64,000 nt of DNA from an uncultured bacterium (GCA_963695435.1 OY968788.1:349456-413455), one strand, 5' to 3'. Shown: positions 9,237 to 18,597, counted from the first letter of the stretch. Program-made: numbers and translations. The notes: generated by a model from the sequence alone, not told the origin.

Positions 9237-10054
9237 TGAACTGGCCGATTTTCTGGCAAACCCTAAAAAGCTACTGGCTAACCATCCTCTTCTACTGCGG
9301 TGGCTTGTTCTTGTATAGTATGTTTTTGACATTTATTTTCCCAGTTGCTCGCGACTTGGGAACGAATTACACCGAGATTTTTAACAAAATACCCGAACAA
9401 ATTAAGCAGGCGATGGGTGGAGCAAACTTTTTGACTAACGGGCTGACCTTCGAAGGATTCTTGTCGTTGGAACATCTTAAATTTTTCTGGGTAATCGCTG
9501 TTGCCGCTTTTATTGTTGGGTTTGCTTCGCGGGCAATTGCGGGAGAAGTGGAACAGGGCACAATCGCTCTTCTGTTGTCCCAACCGGTTACCCGCACGCA
9601 AATATTTTTCAGCAAATTCGCTGTTGGAGTAATAGGAATAGTGGCATTGACCGCAGCAACCATCGGAGGGATCCTCTGGCAGGCTCATCGATTGGACATT
9701 GCAGTCGCGCCGATTGAGGGATACTGGTTGTTCCTTAGTGTGGCTATTTTATTTTTTATTAGTATTCTCGCGGTGGCGATGATGTTCTCCACCATGGTGG
9801 CGGAACGGGGGCGAGCTACACTACTGCCGCTTATGTTTGTAATCGTTTCTTTCGCGATAGATTTATTTGCTAAATTGAATGCGGATTGGGAAGACTTGAA
9901 ATGGCTTTCGATATTCCATTATTACGGAACGCCGGATTCGATTATCACTAACGCAAGTATTGATGATCTAAACCTTTGGGTATTTGGCGGGATTATTGTG
10001 GTAACAACTATTATTGGGTTGGTAACTTTCAACCGGCGAGATATCGCCGTGTAG
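9236..10054 (+). CDS. ABC-2 type permease
   Basis: IAGEVEQGTIALLLSQPVTR, six TM helices, C-terminal FNRRDI; start overlaps ATPase stop. Confidence 0.9.
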   Translation: MNWPIFWQTLKSYWLTILFYCGGLFLYSMFLTFIFPVARDLGTNYTEIFNKIPEQIKQAMGGANFLTNGLTFEGFLSLEHLKFFWVIAVAAFIVGFASRAIAGEVEQGTIALLLSQPVTRTQIFFSKFAVGVIGIVALTAATIGGILWQAHRLDIAVAPIEGYWLFLSVAILFFISILAVAMMFSTMVAERGRATLLPLMFVIVSFAIDLFAKLNADWEDLKWLSIFHYYGTPDSIITNASIDDLNLWVFGGIIVVTTIIGLVTFNRRDIAV

Positions 10055-10080
10055 TATAGGAAATCCAGTTTAGCGGGATT

Positions 10081-10998
10081 CTACAGAACTTGGTTCGGGA
10101 AAAGTCCCTGGGTGGCGTTGACCATTGTATCCGTCCACTGTTCGGCGTTCTGCTCTCTAGACTTGTCAGTAGCCCAAGCAACGCATGGAAGGGCTAGGAC
10201 ATTGCCTTTGTAGTTGTTCGGAGTGCCGTTGTCTTCTTCGAACGCATAACCGCCAATCTTGCCGGATTGTGCTAAATCTAAAACTAACTGGTGGTTGTAA
10301 GTGCGACTGAAGCTTACGAAAATAGCTGAATTGTTTATACTGTTCAGCAAATCATCGGTGAGAGTTTGGATGCTCTCTTCGTTTTTTGCCATGGCGGAAA
10401 ATATTACATCGCACGAGGACATCAATTCTGGCAGTTCAACAAATTTGAATCTTTCGTCTCGCGATTTTCTTGACCAATAGACAACTTCCATACCTATGCC
10501 GGAGCAAAGTTCGGCGTATCTTTTCCCAATGTTGCCAAGCCCAACAATTCCTGCTCTTTTTCCTTTCAACTCAATGCCTCGGTGTCTTATGTAGTTCTGC
10601 TGGTAGTTATCCTGAATTACCAGCGGCATTTTGCGAGCCACTGCCAGTGTCACCATTAGGGCGAATTCGGTTACAGCCTCGGTGCAGTAATTACGAACAT
10701 TGGTAACGGGGATATTTTTTGTTTTGGCGTATTTCGCATCTATCCAAGAAAAAGAAGTGGTCAAACCACAAATCGCTTTTAGGTTGGGAATTGCGTCAAT
10801 TTCTTCTTTGTTGAATTTCCAATCAACAAAGTCGGGGTCTAGTCCTACTATTTTCTCTTCGCTGTCCTGCAGCTCGGGAATCGAAGAGAGGTTTTGGGTT
10901 TGAGATACATAAAACACAGGGGCAGCGGAGTTCAGACGAGTTTTTTGTTCGTCTGTGAAATACTTCTTCCCCTCTGGTGAAAGAATAATTATTTTCAT
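10081..10998 (-). CDS. D-isomer 2-hydroxyacid dehydrogenase family protein
   Basis: ELKGKRAGIVGLGNIG Rossmann motif, IPVTNV..Y..EAV.E. Confidence 0.85.
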   Translation of the reverse strand: MKIIILSPEGKKYFTDEQKTRLNSAAPVFYVSQTQNLSSIPELQDSEEKIVGLDPDFVDWKFNKEEIDAIPNLKAICGLTTSFSWIDAKYAKTKNIPVTNVRNYCTEAVTEFALMVTLAVARKMPLVIQDNYQQNYIRHRGIELKGKRAGIVGLGNIGKRYAELCSGIGMEVVYWSRKSRDERFKFVELPELMSSCDVIFSAMAKNEESIQTLTDDLLNSINNSAIFVSFSRTYNHQLVLDLAQSGKIGGYAFEEDNGTPNNYKGNVLALPCVAWATDKSREQNAEQWTDTMVNATQGLFPNQVL

Positions 10999-11412
10999 CT
11001 AATCGATTAGCGACTGTTCTTTTAGTCTTGGCAAAACTTCGTGTTCGAAGATTGAGCCGACTTTGATATCTGCGGGAATTTCAGAAGTAATCCAACGGAT
11101 TTCCTCGACCTCGCTGTTTGGCCTTGGTTCGCCGTCCCAGTTTTTCACTGTGAAAACATCCATCCTTACCCTTTTGCCGTCCATACCAGCGGCTTCGGCG
11201 TAAAACACACCGAATTCCTCTAAGTTATCTTCAATCACATCAATCGCGAATTCTTCTTGAAGTTCTCTCACTAAAGCTTGTTTTGGAGTTTCTCCTTCTT
11301 CAATCGAACCACCCGGAGCGATAAAAAATTCCTTACCAAAAGATCTCTCGACTAAAAGTTTATTGTCGCGGATGATAATTCCGCCTGATTTATGGATGTC
11401 GAAGTTGTCCAT
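10999..11412 (-). CDS. NUDIX hydrolase
   Basis: PGGSIEEGETPKQALVRELQEE Nudix box. Confidence 0.92.
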   Translation of the reverse strand: MDNFDIHKSGGIIIRDNKLLVERSFGKEFFIAPGGSIEEGETPKQALVRELQEEFAIDVIEDNLEEFGVFYAEAAGMDGKRVRMDVFTVKNWDGEPRPNSEVEEIRWITSEIPADIKVGSIFEHEVLPRLKEQSLID

Positions 11413-11423
11413 ATTAGTTAGTC

Positions 11424-11987
11424 TTAGCTACTGGCCATCATATTATTGAGAGCCTCTAAGACTTGAGGGAGCTCGAGCCACCCTTCATGCCCGCTTAGAT
11501 GGCCACCATTGGGTACTATCACCAGTTCGGCATCTAACTTATCTTTTATTAGGTTTGCGTTTTCCATCGGTACAGACGGATCATTGTCGCCATGAATTAC
11601 TACAATCTTCAAATTGTAAGATTTTATTTTTTCAAAGTTGAACGGGTCATTCAAAAATCTATCGACTTTATCTTTTCCTATCGGAATTACTGGTCCCGCA
11701 ACAAACACGAGCCCAGCCACACCATGAATGTTATCCGCAGATTCTAAATAGCGTAAAATTGCGGGTACTCCCAAACTGTGCCCTACTAGATAAATTTCGT
11801 CTTGGGCGCCTTGTTCCACTTGTCTTGCAATTTCTTTCCCCCATTCTTCTGGCGAAGGATTCCATGGATTAGGCATTGGAAGCGCGCAGGCATAAATATC
11901 CTGCTTATCTAACTCAGCCATTAGCCATGGCCGCCAACCTCCATTGGGGCTACCTTCGTAACCGTGGATTATGAATACTTTTTTCAT
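11424..11987 (-). CDS. RBBP9/YdeN-family alpha/beta hydrolase
   Basis: IIHGY, GHSLG, DNDP.VP, GGH. Confidence 0.9.
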   Translation of the reverse strand: MKKVFIIHGYEGSPNGGWRPWLMAELDKQDIYACALPMPNPWNPSPEEWGKEIARQVEQGAQDEIYLVGHSLGVPAILRYLESADNIHGVAGLVFVAGPVIPIGKDKVDRFLNDPFNFEKIKSYNLKIVVIHGDNDPSVPMENANLIKDKLDAELVIVPNGGHLSGHEGWLELPQVLEALNNMMASS

Positions 11988-12000
11988 CTTTAGAATTTTC

Positions 12001-12074
12001 TGGCAGGCCTGGAGGGAATCGGACCCCCGCCTTCGGTTTTGGAGACCGACGAGCTACCACTACACTACAGGCCT
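12001..12074 (-). tRNA. tRNA-Trp(CCA)
   Basis: Cloverleaf, anticodon loop CTCCAAA, encoded CCA end. Confidence 0.93.
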
Positions 12075-12100
12075 TTGTATCAACAGGGATATTTTACCAT

Positions 12101-12128
12101 AAACCCCGCTACTGGAGCGGGGTTTTTT
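12101..12128. terminator. Terminator ending the ribosomal cluster after rpmG
   Basis: AAACCCCGCT-ACTGG-AGCGGGGTTTTTT. Confidence 0.65.
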
Positions 12129-12130
12129 AT

Positions 12131-12313
12131 TTATTTAGTTTCTTTGTGTTCGGTGGTCTTTTTGCAGATACGGCAGAATTTCTTTCTGACCAACCTATCC
12201 GGTGTATTGGTCGGATTCTTGCGAGTAGAATAGACGCCCTGCTTACATACAGTACACATCAGTTTGATGATGGGGCGTTTTACCTTCTTGGTGATTTTAG
12301 CTTTTGCTGGCAT
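12131..12313 (-). CDS. rpmG: 50S ribosomal protein L33
   Basis: CxxC...YSTRKN..NTPDRL..KKFCxxC....HKE. Confidence 0.95.
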   Translation of the reverse strand: MPAKAKITKKVKRPIIKLMCTVCKQGVYSTRKNPTNTPDRLVRKKFCRICKKTTEHKETK

Positions 12314-12314
12314 A

Positions 12315-13097
12315 TTATGCTTTTTTAATTTGTAGGAAGTCTAATTCAACTGGAGTCTCGCGACCAAAGATGCTGACCAGCACCTTGATTTTCCCTTTTT
12401 CTTCGTCAATTTCATTAACTGAACCATCGTAGTTTTTGAACGGGCCGTCTTTGATGTGTACCAAATCGCCGATATTTACATCAATCTTATACTTTGGTTC
12501 TTCCACATCCATCCGCTTGAAGATACCCTTCAATTCAAAGTCGGAAACAGGAACAGGGACTGTACCAGAACCGATGAATCCTGTTACATTTGGCGTGTTG
12601 CGAACAACATACCAAGAATCTTCCGTCACTTTCATATTGACCAACACATAACCGGGGAACATTTTCTTTTCCACGATTTTGCGTTTGCCGTTCTTGATTT
12701 CAATTTGATTTTCTTTCGGGACCAAAACATCAAAAATTTTGTCTTGCATATCGAGCGAAGAAATTCTTTGCTTTAAACTATCAGACACAGCATCTTCATA
12801 GCCGGAATAAGTGTGTAAAACATACCACTGCCCCGGCCATTCCTTAGAAAGAGAAGCTGCTGTATCGGCAACTGGAGTCGGCTCTTCGTCGGTCTTTTCT
12901 TCAATTTCTTCCTCAATTTCATCAGCTGGTAATGCAGCTTGCTCAACCGATTCTTCAATTTCAGCTAATTCACCCTTGCCCTCTTCTTCTTCAACCTCGG
13001 CTTCAGCTAAAGACTCTTCCACGGTTTCTGGAGTGTCTTCTGCCTCTACGGGTGTCTGTTGGTCGTCTGATTGTGGTAAGTTGTCGTTTTCTTCCAT
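12315..13097 (-). CDS. nusG: Transcription factor NusG with long acidic N-terminal extension
   Basis: [21 protein letters not shown] domain, [10 protein letters not shown]. Confidence 0.97.
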   Translation of the reverse strand: MEENDNLPQSDDQQTPVEAEDTPETVEESLAEAEVEEEEGKGELAEIEESVEQAALPADEIEEEIEEKTDEEPTPVADTAASLSKEWPGQWYVLHTYSGYEDAVSDSLKQRISSLDMQDKIFDVLVPKENQIEIKNGKRKIVEKKMFPGYVLVNMKVTEDSWYVVRNTPNVTGFIGSGTVPVPVSDFELKGIFKRMDVEEPKYKIDVNIGDLVHIKDGPFKNYDGSVNEIDEEKGKIKVLVSIFGRETPVELDFLQIKKA

Positions 13098-13153
13098 TTG
13101 CTTTATTTATTTGTGAATCATTCCGAAGCTTTAGCGAAGGATGACGTCCATTA

Positions 13154-13405
13154 TTATTGAGTTACTGGGGTAGCTGTAACATCACCGAGGCTAGTGCTGG
13201 CTGTCGGCGTATTCTTTTCAGCCAAGATAGTCAGCCACTTGATTCCGGTAGTCAAACCGTAGTCAGCCAATGCTACATAAACCATAAACAAAATTGACAC
13301 ACCTAACACTATCAAAGTCAGATTGATAGCAGCTTGGCGAGTCGGCCAAGTGACCTTGGCTAATTCAACCCGAGCTTCGTGGAAAAATTTTAGAATACCC
13401 TTCAT
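13154..13405 (-). CDS. secE: Preprotein translocase SecE
   Basis: ELAKVTWPTR plus one TM helix, upstream of nusG. Confidence 0.95.
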   Translation of the reverse strand: MKGILKFFHEARVELAKVTWPTRQAAINLTLIVLGVSILFMVYVALADYGLTTGIKWLTILAEKNTPTASTSLGDVTATPVTQ

Positions 13406-13430
13406 ATGTTGCGATTATTAGGTGGAGGTA

Positions 13431-13517
13431 AGAGCAGTGAGCTTGTTTCGACTTGTCGAAATGGGCTTTGCCCACGAGCGTTGAGGGAGGGAAATACCTC
13501 GTCCTTCCCTCAAGAGC
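13431..13517 (+). repeat. Structured intergenic element, copy A of three
   Basis: AGAGCAGTGAGCTTG-hairpin-TGGGCTTTGCCCA-CGAGCG-hairpin. Confidence 0.85.
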
Positions 13518-13931
13518 TTAACGCTTGGAGAACTGTGGAGCGCGACGAGCGCGTTTGAGACCAAACTTTTTGCGTTCCTTTACGCGAGCATCACGAGTAA
13601 GTAATCCTGCTTTTTTCAGTGCTGTCTTTAGATTAGCATCAAACTCCACTAAAGCCCGAGCAATTCCGTGACGCACGGCATCTGCTTGAGCTGCCATACC
13701 GCCTCCGTGGACATGTGCAGAAACATCAAAATCTTTTTGCATCCCAACAGTAGTCAATGGCGAGAGAGCAATTTCAACTAAATCTTTAGGACTGAAATAA
13801 TGACTGCCGACTTGGTCGTTGATTACCACAATTTTGCCGTCACCCTTGTAAAGACGGACTTGAGCAGAAGCGGTCTTGCGACGACCGACTGCGTAGAAAT
13901 ATTTACCAGAAAGTTTTAGTGTTGGTTCCAT
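13518..13931 (-). CDS. rpsI: 30S ribosomal protein S9
   Basis: GRRKTA, LTRDARVKERKK, QFSKR. Confidence 0.98.
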   Translation of the reverse strand: MEPTLKLSGKYFYAVGRRKTASAQVRLYKGDGKIVVINDQVGSHYFSPKDLVEIALSPLTTVGMQKDFDVSAHVHGGGMAAQADAVRHGIARALVEFDANLKTALKKAGLLTRDARVKERKKFGLKRARRAPQFSKR

Positions 13932-13936
13932 ACTAT

Positions 13937-14377
13937 TTATAATTTAACCTCTACTGGGTTTTGACCGCCGTGAGGATGTGTTTCGCCAGTGTAAATCTTT
14001 AGTCTCTCAAGCATTCTGTTGTGGAGTTTATTCTTTGGGAGCATCCCCGCAATGGCGTGACGAACAACTTCGGTAGGATTTTTGCCCGCCAGAATTTCTG
14101 CGGCAGTTTTGGTATTCAAACCACCAGGATAAGTGGTGTGAGTAGTGTAAATCTTTTTCGCCAATTTATTGCCGGTCAGTTTTACTAATTCGGCATTGAT
14201 AATAATAACATTCGTCCTGGCCTCCACCGCCCGATTGAAACTAGCTTGATCTTTACCCATCAGAAGCTTGGCGATTTTCACTGCCAAACGGCCAACCACC
14301 TGATCCTTGGCATCAGCCACGAACCAGCGTTCGGGGAGTTTTTGACTCGGCATATGATCAGTAGCTTTTTTTAACAT
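13937..14377 (-). CDS. rplM: 50S ribosomal protein L13
   Basis: W...DA....GRLA, GMLPKN. Confidence 0.97.
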   Translation of the reverse strand: MLKKATDHMPSQKLPERWFVADAKDQVVGRLAVKIAKLLMGKDQASFNRAVEARTNVIIINAELVKLTGNKLAKKIYTTHTTYPGGLNTKTAAEILAGKNPTEVVRHAIAGMLPKNKLHNRMLERLKIYTGETHPHGGQNPVEVKL

Positions 14378-14730
14378 TAGACAAATTCAATTACGGATGT
14401 AGGAGCGGCATCACCAACCCGAGTGCCTTTGCGGACAACCCGAACATATCCGCCAGTTCGCTCTTGGTAGCGGGGAGCCAAAACTTTGATTAGCTTTTTT
14501 ACTACAATCTGATTATTATACAAATCTTTCATCAATCTTTGCTTGGCGTTGAGGTCGCCTTTTTTGGCGGTAGTAATAAGTCGTTCGATTTTTGGTCTCA
14601 AACTTTTGGCTTTTGCTGAAGTTGTCACAATGCGTTCGTGCAGAATAAGTGAAGTTAGCAAATTACGCATCAACGCGGTACGCTGACGTTTTACTCTCCC
14701 CAACTTTCTGCCTTTTACCAAGTGACGCAT
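14377..14730 (-). CDS. rplQ: 50S ribosomal protein L17
   Basis: MRH...GRKLGR, R.GGYVRV. Confidence 0.98.
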   Translation of the reverse strand: MRHLVKGRKLGRVKRQRTALMRNLLTSLILHERIVTTSAKAKSLRPKIERLITTAKKGDLNAKQRLMKDLYNNQIVVKKLIKVLAPRYQERTGGYVRVVRKGTRVGDAAPTSVIEFV

Positions 14731-14763
14731 AGAGAATAATTAAGAATGAAGAATTATGGAAGA

Positions 14764-15696
14764 TTATTCGGGACGGTTGAATATAATTCCGAGCTCGCCG
14801 AGCTTATCAGTGATTTCGTCTAATGCTTTGGCGCCCAATCCCTTCATTTCACCAAGCTTTTCCGCACCGATCTCTAATATTTCGCTTACTTTCTTGATAC
14901 CGTTATTTATCAGCGCGTTAGTAGTGCGAACTGAAAGACTAATTTCGTCTATGTTGAAGTCTTTGGCACTAACTTCATCCGACTCGGCCTCCGGTTCACC
15001 AACCGGCAAGTTTTCCAAATCAACACCGAATATGCTCAACTGACGCGCAAGCAATAGAGCGCTTTGGCGCAGAGCTTCTTCGGGTGTAATAGTGCCATCG
15101 GTCAATACATTCAGAGTTAGTTTGTCGTAGTTTAGCGTTTCACCGACACGAGTTGGCTCAACATTGAACATTACTTTTACAACTGGTGAAAACGCAGCAT
15201 CAACCGCAATTGTACCGATGGAAAAACTTTTCTCGTCCATTGCTTCGCTCGGTACATATCCCCTCCCCTTGCCTATCTGAATTTCTAGATCCAGAGCGCT
15301 TTTTTCAGATACGGTCGCGATGTATTGCTCGGGGTTTACCAGAGTCATGTTACTTGGAATATCTAAATCACCGGCGGTAACTTCACCTGTTTTGGTTGAT
15401 TTGAATTTCAGCGTTGTAGAGCCTCCTTCATGGACGATGAAGTGCAGTTTTTTGAGATTCAGAATTACTTCAACTGCGTCTTCCTTAACTCCTGGAATGG
15501 GAGAAAATTCGTGATCGATGCCCGCGATTTTCACCGCGATAACGGCCGCGCCCGAAAGAGAACTCAAAAGCATTCTCCGCAAAGAGTTCCCCAGCGTAGT
15601 GCCATAACCCGGATAACACGGTTCGATAACAAACACCGCGCGGTTAGGAGCCTTTTCTTCGATTTTTATACTCGGTATGTTTATGTCTTCAGTCAT
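14764..15696 (-). CDS. rpoA: RNA polymerase alpha subunit
   Basis: GYGTTLGNSLRR.LLSS, LSVRT.NAL; start taken at second Met. Confidence 0.97.
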   Translation of the reverse strand: MTEDINIPSIKIEEKAPNRAVFVIEPCYPGYGTTLGNSLRRMLLSSLSGAAVIAVKIAGIDHEFSPIPGVKEDAVEVILNLKKLHFIVHEGGSTTLKFKSTKTGEVTAGDLDIPSNMTLVNPEQYIATVSEKSALDLEIQIGKGRGYVPSEAMDEKSFSIGTIAVDAAFSPVVKVMFNVEPTRVGETLNYDKLTLNVLTDGTITPEEALRQSALLLARQLSIFGVDLENLPVGEPEAESDEVSAKDFNIDEISLSVRTTNALINNGIKKVSEILEIGAEKLGEMKGLGAKALDEITDKLGELGIIFNRPE

Positions 15697-15719
15697 AATA
15701 TTCCCTCTCCCCAAAATTA

Positions 15720-16346
15720 TTATCTTGAATAGAATTCAACGATTATTTTTTCACTAAATGGGACTTCAATTTCGTCACGAGTAGGTAAATTGGTGATCTG
15801 AATAGTCAGCTTGCTATTGTCCACCTTCAGCCATGAGGTTGGCTGATTGCCTTTGGCAGTTTCTTGAAGTGTGGTTTTTTGAGTGGAACTTTTGCCGCTG
15901 AAATTTACCTCGTCGCCTGGGCGAATTTGGAATGATGGCACATCAACCGCTTTGCCATTAACACTCAAATGTCCGTGAGAAACTAATTGGCGAGCGGAAC
16001 GATGAGAATCAGTCCAGCCTGCCCGATAGACTACATTGTCCAAACGGCGTTCCAGCTCCACTAATAGTTCAATGTCGGTCGAACCTTTTTGCTGACTAGC
16101 TGCCGTGTAATAATGTCTTAATTGTTTTTCGGTAAGATTATAAAAAACTCGAGCTTTTTGCTTTTCACGAAGTTGCTGACCGTAAGCGGTCAACTTCGCA
16201 AAGCCAGCCCTTTTGCCGTGCATACCAGGAGGTTGTTTGCGGTGTAACTTCACATACCGCGCGGCAGTAGAACGATCGCCAGCCATAGCGAAATCTTCGC
16301 CTAGCCGTCTGATCTTCTTCATTTTTGGTCCTATAGAAGTAGACAT
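15720..16346 (-). CDS. rpsD: 30S ribosomal protein S4
   Basis: YGQQLREKQK, LERRLDNVVYR, VEFYSR. Confidence 0.98.
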   Translation of the reverse strand: MSTSIGPKMKKIRRLGEDFAMAGDRSTAARYVKLHRKQPPGMHGKRAGFAKLTAYGQQLREKQKARVFYNLTEKQLRHYYTAASQQKGSTDIELLVELERRLDNVVYRAGWTDSHRSARQLVSHGHLSVNGKAVDVPSFQIRPGDEVNFSGKSSTQKTTLQETAKGNQPTSWLKVDNSKLTIQITNLPTRDEIEVPFSEKIIVEFYSR

Positions 16347-16351
16347 GTTAT

Positions 16352-16825
16352 TTATACTCTGCGAGATTTACGCGGACGCGGTCCGTTATGCGGAATTGGG
16401 GTTATATCTTTGATTGAAACAATATCTAAACCTCCTTGGGCGACTGACCGAATTGCGGCTTCCCGCCCCGTGCCAACACCTTGTACGAAGATGTGGGCTT
16501 TCTGCATTCCCATAGCTACTCCCTTGGCTACCGCCGAAGCGGAAGCACGCGAGCCAGCATAGGAAGTTGATTTCTTAGAGCCTTTGAACCCTTCGCGTCC
16601 AGCAGAGCTGGAGGAAAGTACATTACCTTCCAAATCGGTTACTGTAACGAGGGTATTATTGAAAGTGGACTTGATGTAAACTTTGCCCTCGGTAACAACC
16701 CGTTTGACCTTCTTCTTTTTGGCCTTGGTTGTTTTTCCGGCAATTTTAGCAGCGTAGGCCTGCTTCTTTTGCTCGGCCTTCCGCCCTTTTTCAGCTTTCT
16801 TCTGTAATCTTTTCTTTCTGGACAT
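16352..16825 (-). CDS. rpsK: 30S ribosomal protein S11 with Lys-rich N-extension
   Basis: STFNNT, DITPIPHNGPRP. Confidence 0.97.
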   Translation of the reverse strand: MSRKKRLQKKAEKGRKAEQKKQAYAAKIAGKTTKAKKKKVKRVVTEGKVYIKSTFNNTLVTVTDLEGNVLSSSSAGREGFKGSKKSTSYAGSRASASAVAKGVAMGMQKAHIFVQGVGTGREAAIRSVAQGGLDIVSIKDITPIPHNGPRPRKSRRV

Positions 16826-16828
16826 AGT

Positions 16829-17218
16829 TTAGGTCTTATCCCCTGTCTTCTTACGACCGCTACCCATCGTTACTCGTTTGCCTCGCTTGGTGCGAGCATT
16901 GGTGCGAGTACGCTGACCGCGAACCGGAAGTTTTTTGATATGGCGGAGACCGCGATATGACCCCAGATCTTTCAATCGTTTGATATTCATTGCAATTTCT
17001 CTGCGCAGGTCGCCTTCAACCAGCAATTCTTTTTCAATCAACGCCCGCAGACGATTTTCTTCATCGGGAGTAAGATTCTTGACCTTGGTCGCGGCATCAA
17101 TGTTGGTTTGTTTCAGGATTTGAGCACTCAAACTTCTGCCAAGACCGTAAATTCCAGTCAGAGCGATATCAATTCGCTTGTCATTGTTCAAGTTGATTCC
17201 GGCAATTCTGACTACCAT
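16829..17218 (-). CDS. rpsM: 30S ribosomal protein S13
   Basis: [20 protein letters not shown]. Confidence 0.98.
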   Translation of the reverse strand: MVVRIAGINLNNDKRIDIALTGIYGLGRSLSAQILKQTNIDAATKVKNLTPDEENRLRALIEKELLVEGDLRREIAMNIKRLKDLGSYRGLRHIKKLPVRGQRTRTNARTKRGKRVTMGSGRKKTGDKT

Positions 17219-17220
17219 AT

Positions 17221-17334
17221 TTATCCTTGGCGTTGTTTATGCTTTTTTGTTGAACAAATCACGCGTACCACGCCCTTGCGTTTGATGACGCGGCAGTTTT
17301 TGCACATTGGTTTTACTGAAGGCCTAACTTTCAT
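17221..17334 (-). CDS. rpmJ: 50S ribosomal protein L36
   Basis: [14 protein letters not shown]...HKQRQG; true start 17334. Confidence 0.97.
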   Translation of the reverse strand: MKVRPSVKPMCKNCRVIKRKGVVRVICSTKKHKQRQG

Positions 17335-17462
17335 GTCGTCTAAATTCTTTCGCGTTAACGGAAAGTCGCATCCGCTTCTTTCCTTTTGGGGCTCAAGAAT
17401 TTCTCCTCTCCCCAAGCCAAACACTTCGTTGGTTTGCCTCGGGGGCCCCGATAGAATATTAA

Positions 17463-17687
17463 TTACTTATGTCTATAAGTGATTCTTCCTTTTTCGATAT
17501 CGTAAGGGCTCATTTCGATTCTAACTTTGTCGCCCGGCGCGATTTTGATGTAGTTCATCCGCATCTTGCCGGAAATGTGAGCCAAAATAACATGACCATT
17601 GTCCAGCTCTACTCTGAAACTGGCATTGGGCAGGGCTTCTTTGACGACCCCGTCCAGCTCAATAACTTGTTTTTCGAAGGTGTTCAT
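17463..17687 (-). CDS. infA: Translation initiation factor IF-1
   Basis: [24 protein letters not shown]. Confidence 0.98.
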   Translation of the reverse strand: MNTFEKQVIELDGVVKEALPNASFRVELDNGHVILAHISGKMRMNYIKIAPGDKVRIEMSPYDIEKGRITYRHK

Positions 17688-17832
17688 AGGAGATGGTAAG
17701 GGCTTACCCTACACTTCCACAGCCGTTCTTGGGGGAAGACTTGGTGCCCTGATAACCAGTTGGAACCTAACAGATAAGGCGGGAAAATTTACTTTGGTAT
17801 TATTGAATTTTTTTGAGCCCTAGTCAAGCATT

Positions 17833-18597
17833 TTATTGAGAGCGGCCGGCAATTAGCTCGTCCAGGGGGGTAAGAACCTCGGCTCCCGTGGGGGTTATGA
17901 GGATAGAGTGTTCAAAGTGGGCAGCCACTCTCCCGTCAGCTGTTTCGATAGTCCAGCCGTCAGAAAGTTCATTGGTTTCTTCCGCCCCCAGGCCCGCGAT
18001 AGGTTCAAGTGCCAGCACCAGACCTGATTTCAGGGCCATTCCTTTAGAACCGGGGTCGAAGTTGGGGATCATCGGGTCCAGATGCAGTTCCCGCCCGACT
18101 CCATGACCTACCAGCTGGCGGAAAATGGTTAGTCCCCTGCCCCGAAGGATTTGCTCGATGGCCTTTGAGATGTCCTGAACATGATTGCCCTCCCTGGCTG
18201 CATCTGTGCCCGCCAACAGGGCGGTATAGGTGCCGTCGAGTAAGCGGTGGGCTTCCGGAGCAATATTTCCCACCGGCAGGGTTATGGCGGCGTCAGTGTG
18301 CCACCCGCGGTAGTACATCCCCATATCTATAGCCAAAATATCACCTTCTTTCAGGACATAGTCAGTGGGGATGCCGTGAACAACTACTTGGTTTACCGAT
18401 AGGCACAAAGATGACGGGTATCCTTTATACCCCTTGAAGGACGGGAGCCCGCCCGATTGGCTGAATAAACTGTCTGCCAATTTTTCCAAGTCCAGTAAAT
18501 TGACGCCAGCACGAACTTGTTCTTTCAAAGCTTTAAAGATAGTCATCAATCGACGACCGCTTTCTTTTAGATCAGCAATGTCTTCTGTGCTTAGCAT
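17833..18597 (-). CDS. map: Methionine aminopeptidase type I
   Basis: VVHGIP, D.A.T, GHGVG..LH, EP, AHFEH. Confidence 0.96.
   Translation of the reverse strand: MLSTEDIADLKESGRRLMTIFKALKEQVRAGVNLLDLEKLADSLFSQSGGLPSFKGYKGYPSSLCLSVNQVVVHGIPTDYVLKEGDILAIDMGMYYRGWHTDAAITLPVGNIAPEAHRLLDGTYTALLAGTDAAREGNHVQDISKAIEQILRGRGLTIFRQLVGHGVGRELHLDPMIPNFDPGSKGMALKSGLVLALEPIAGLGAEETNELSDGWTIETADGRVAAHFEHSILITPTGAEVLTPLDELIAGRSQ

Noticed and set aside
13431-13517. Three-copy element as a hammerhead ribozyme or r-protein autoregulatory leader
   Set aside because: It lacks the CUGANGA/GAAA core on either strand, and it occurs in both orientations at unrelated genes.
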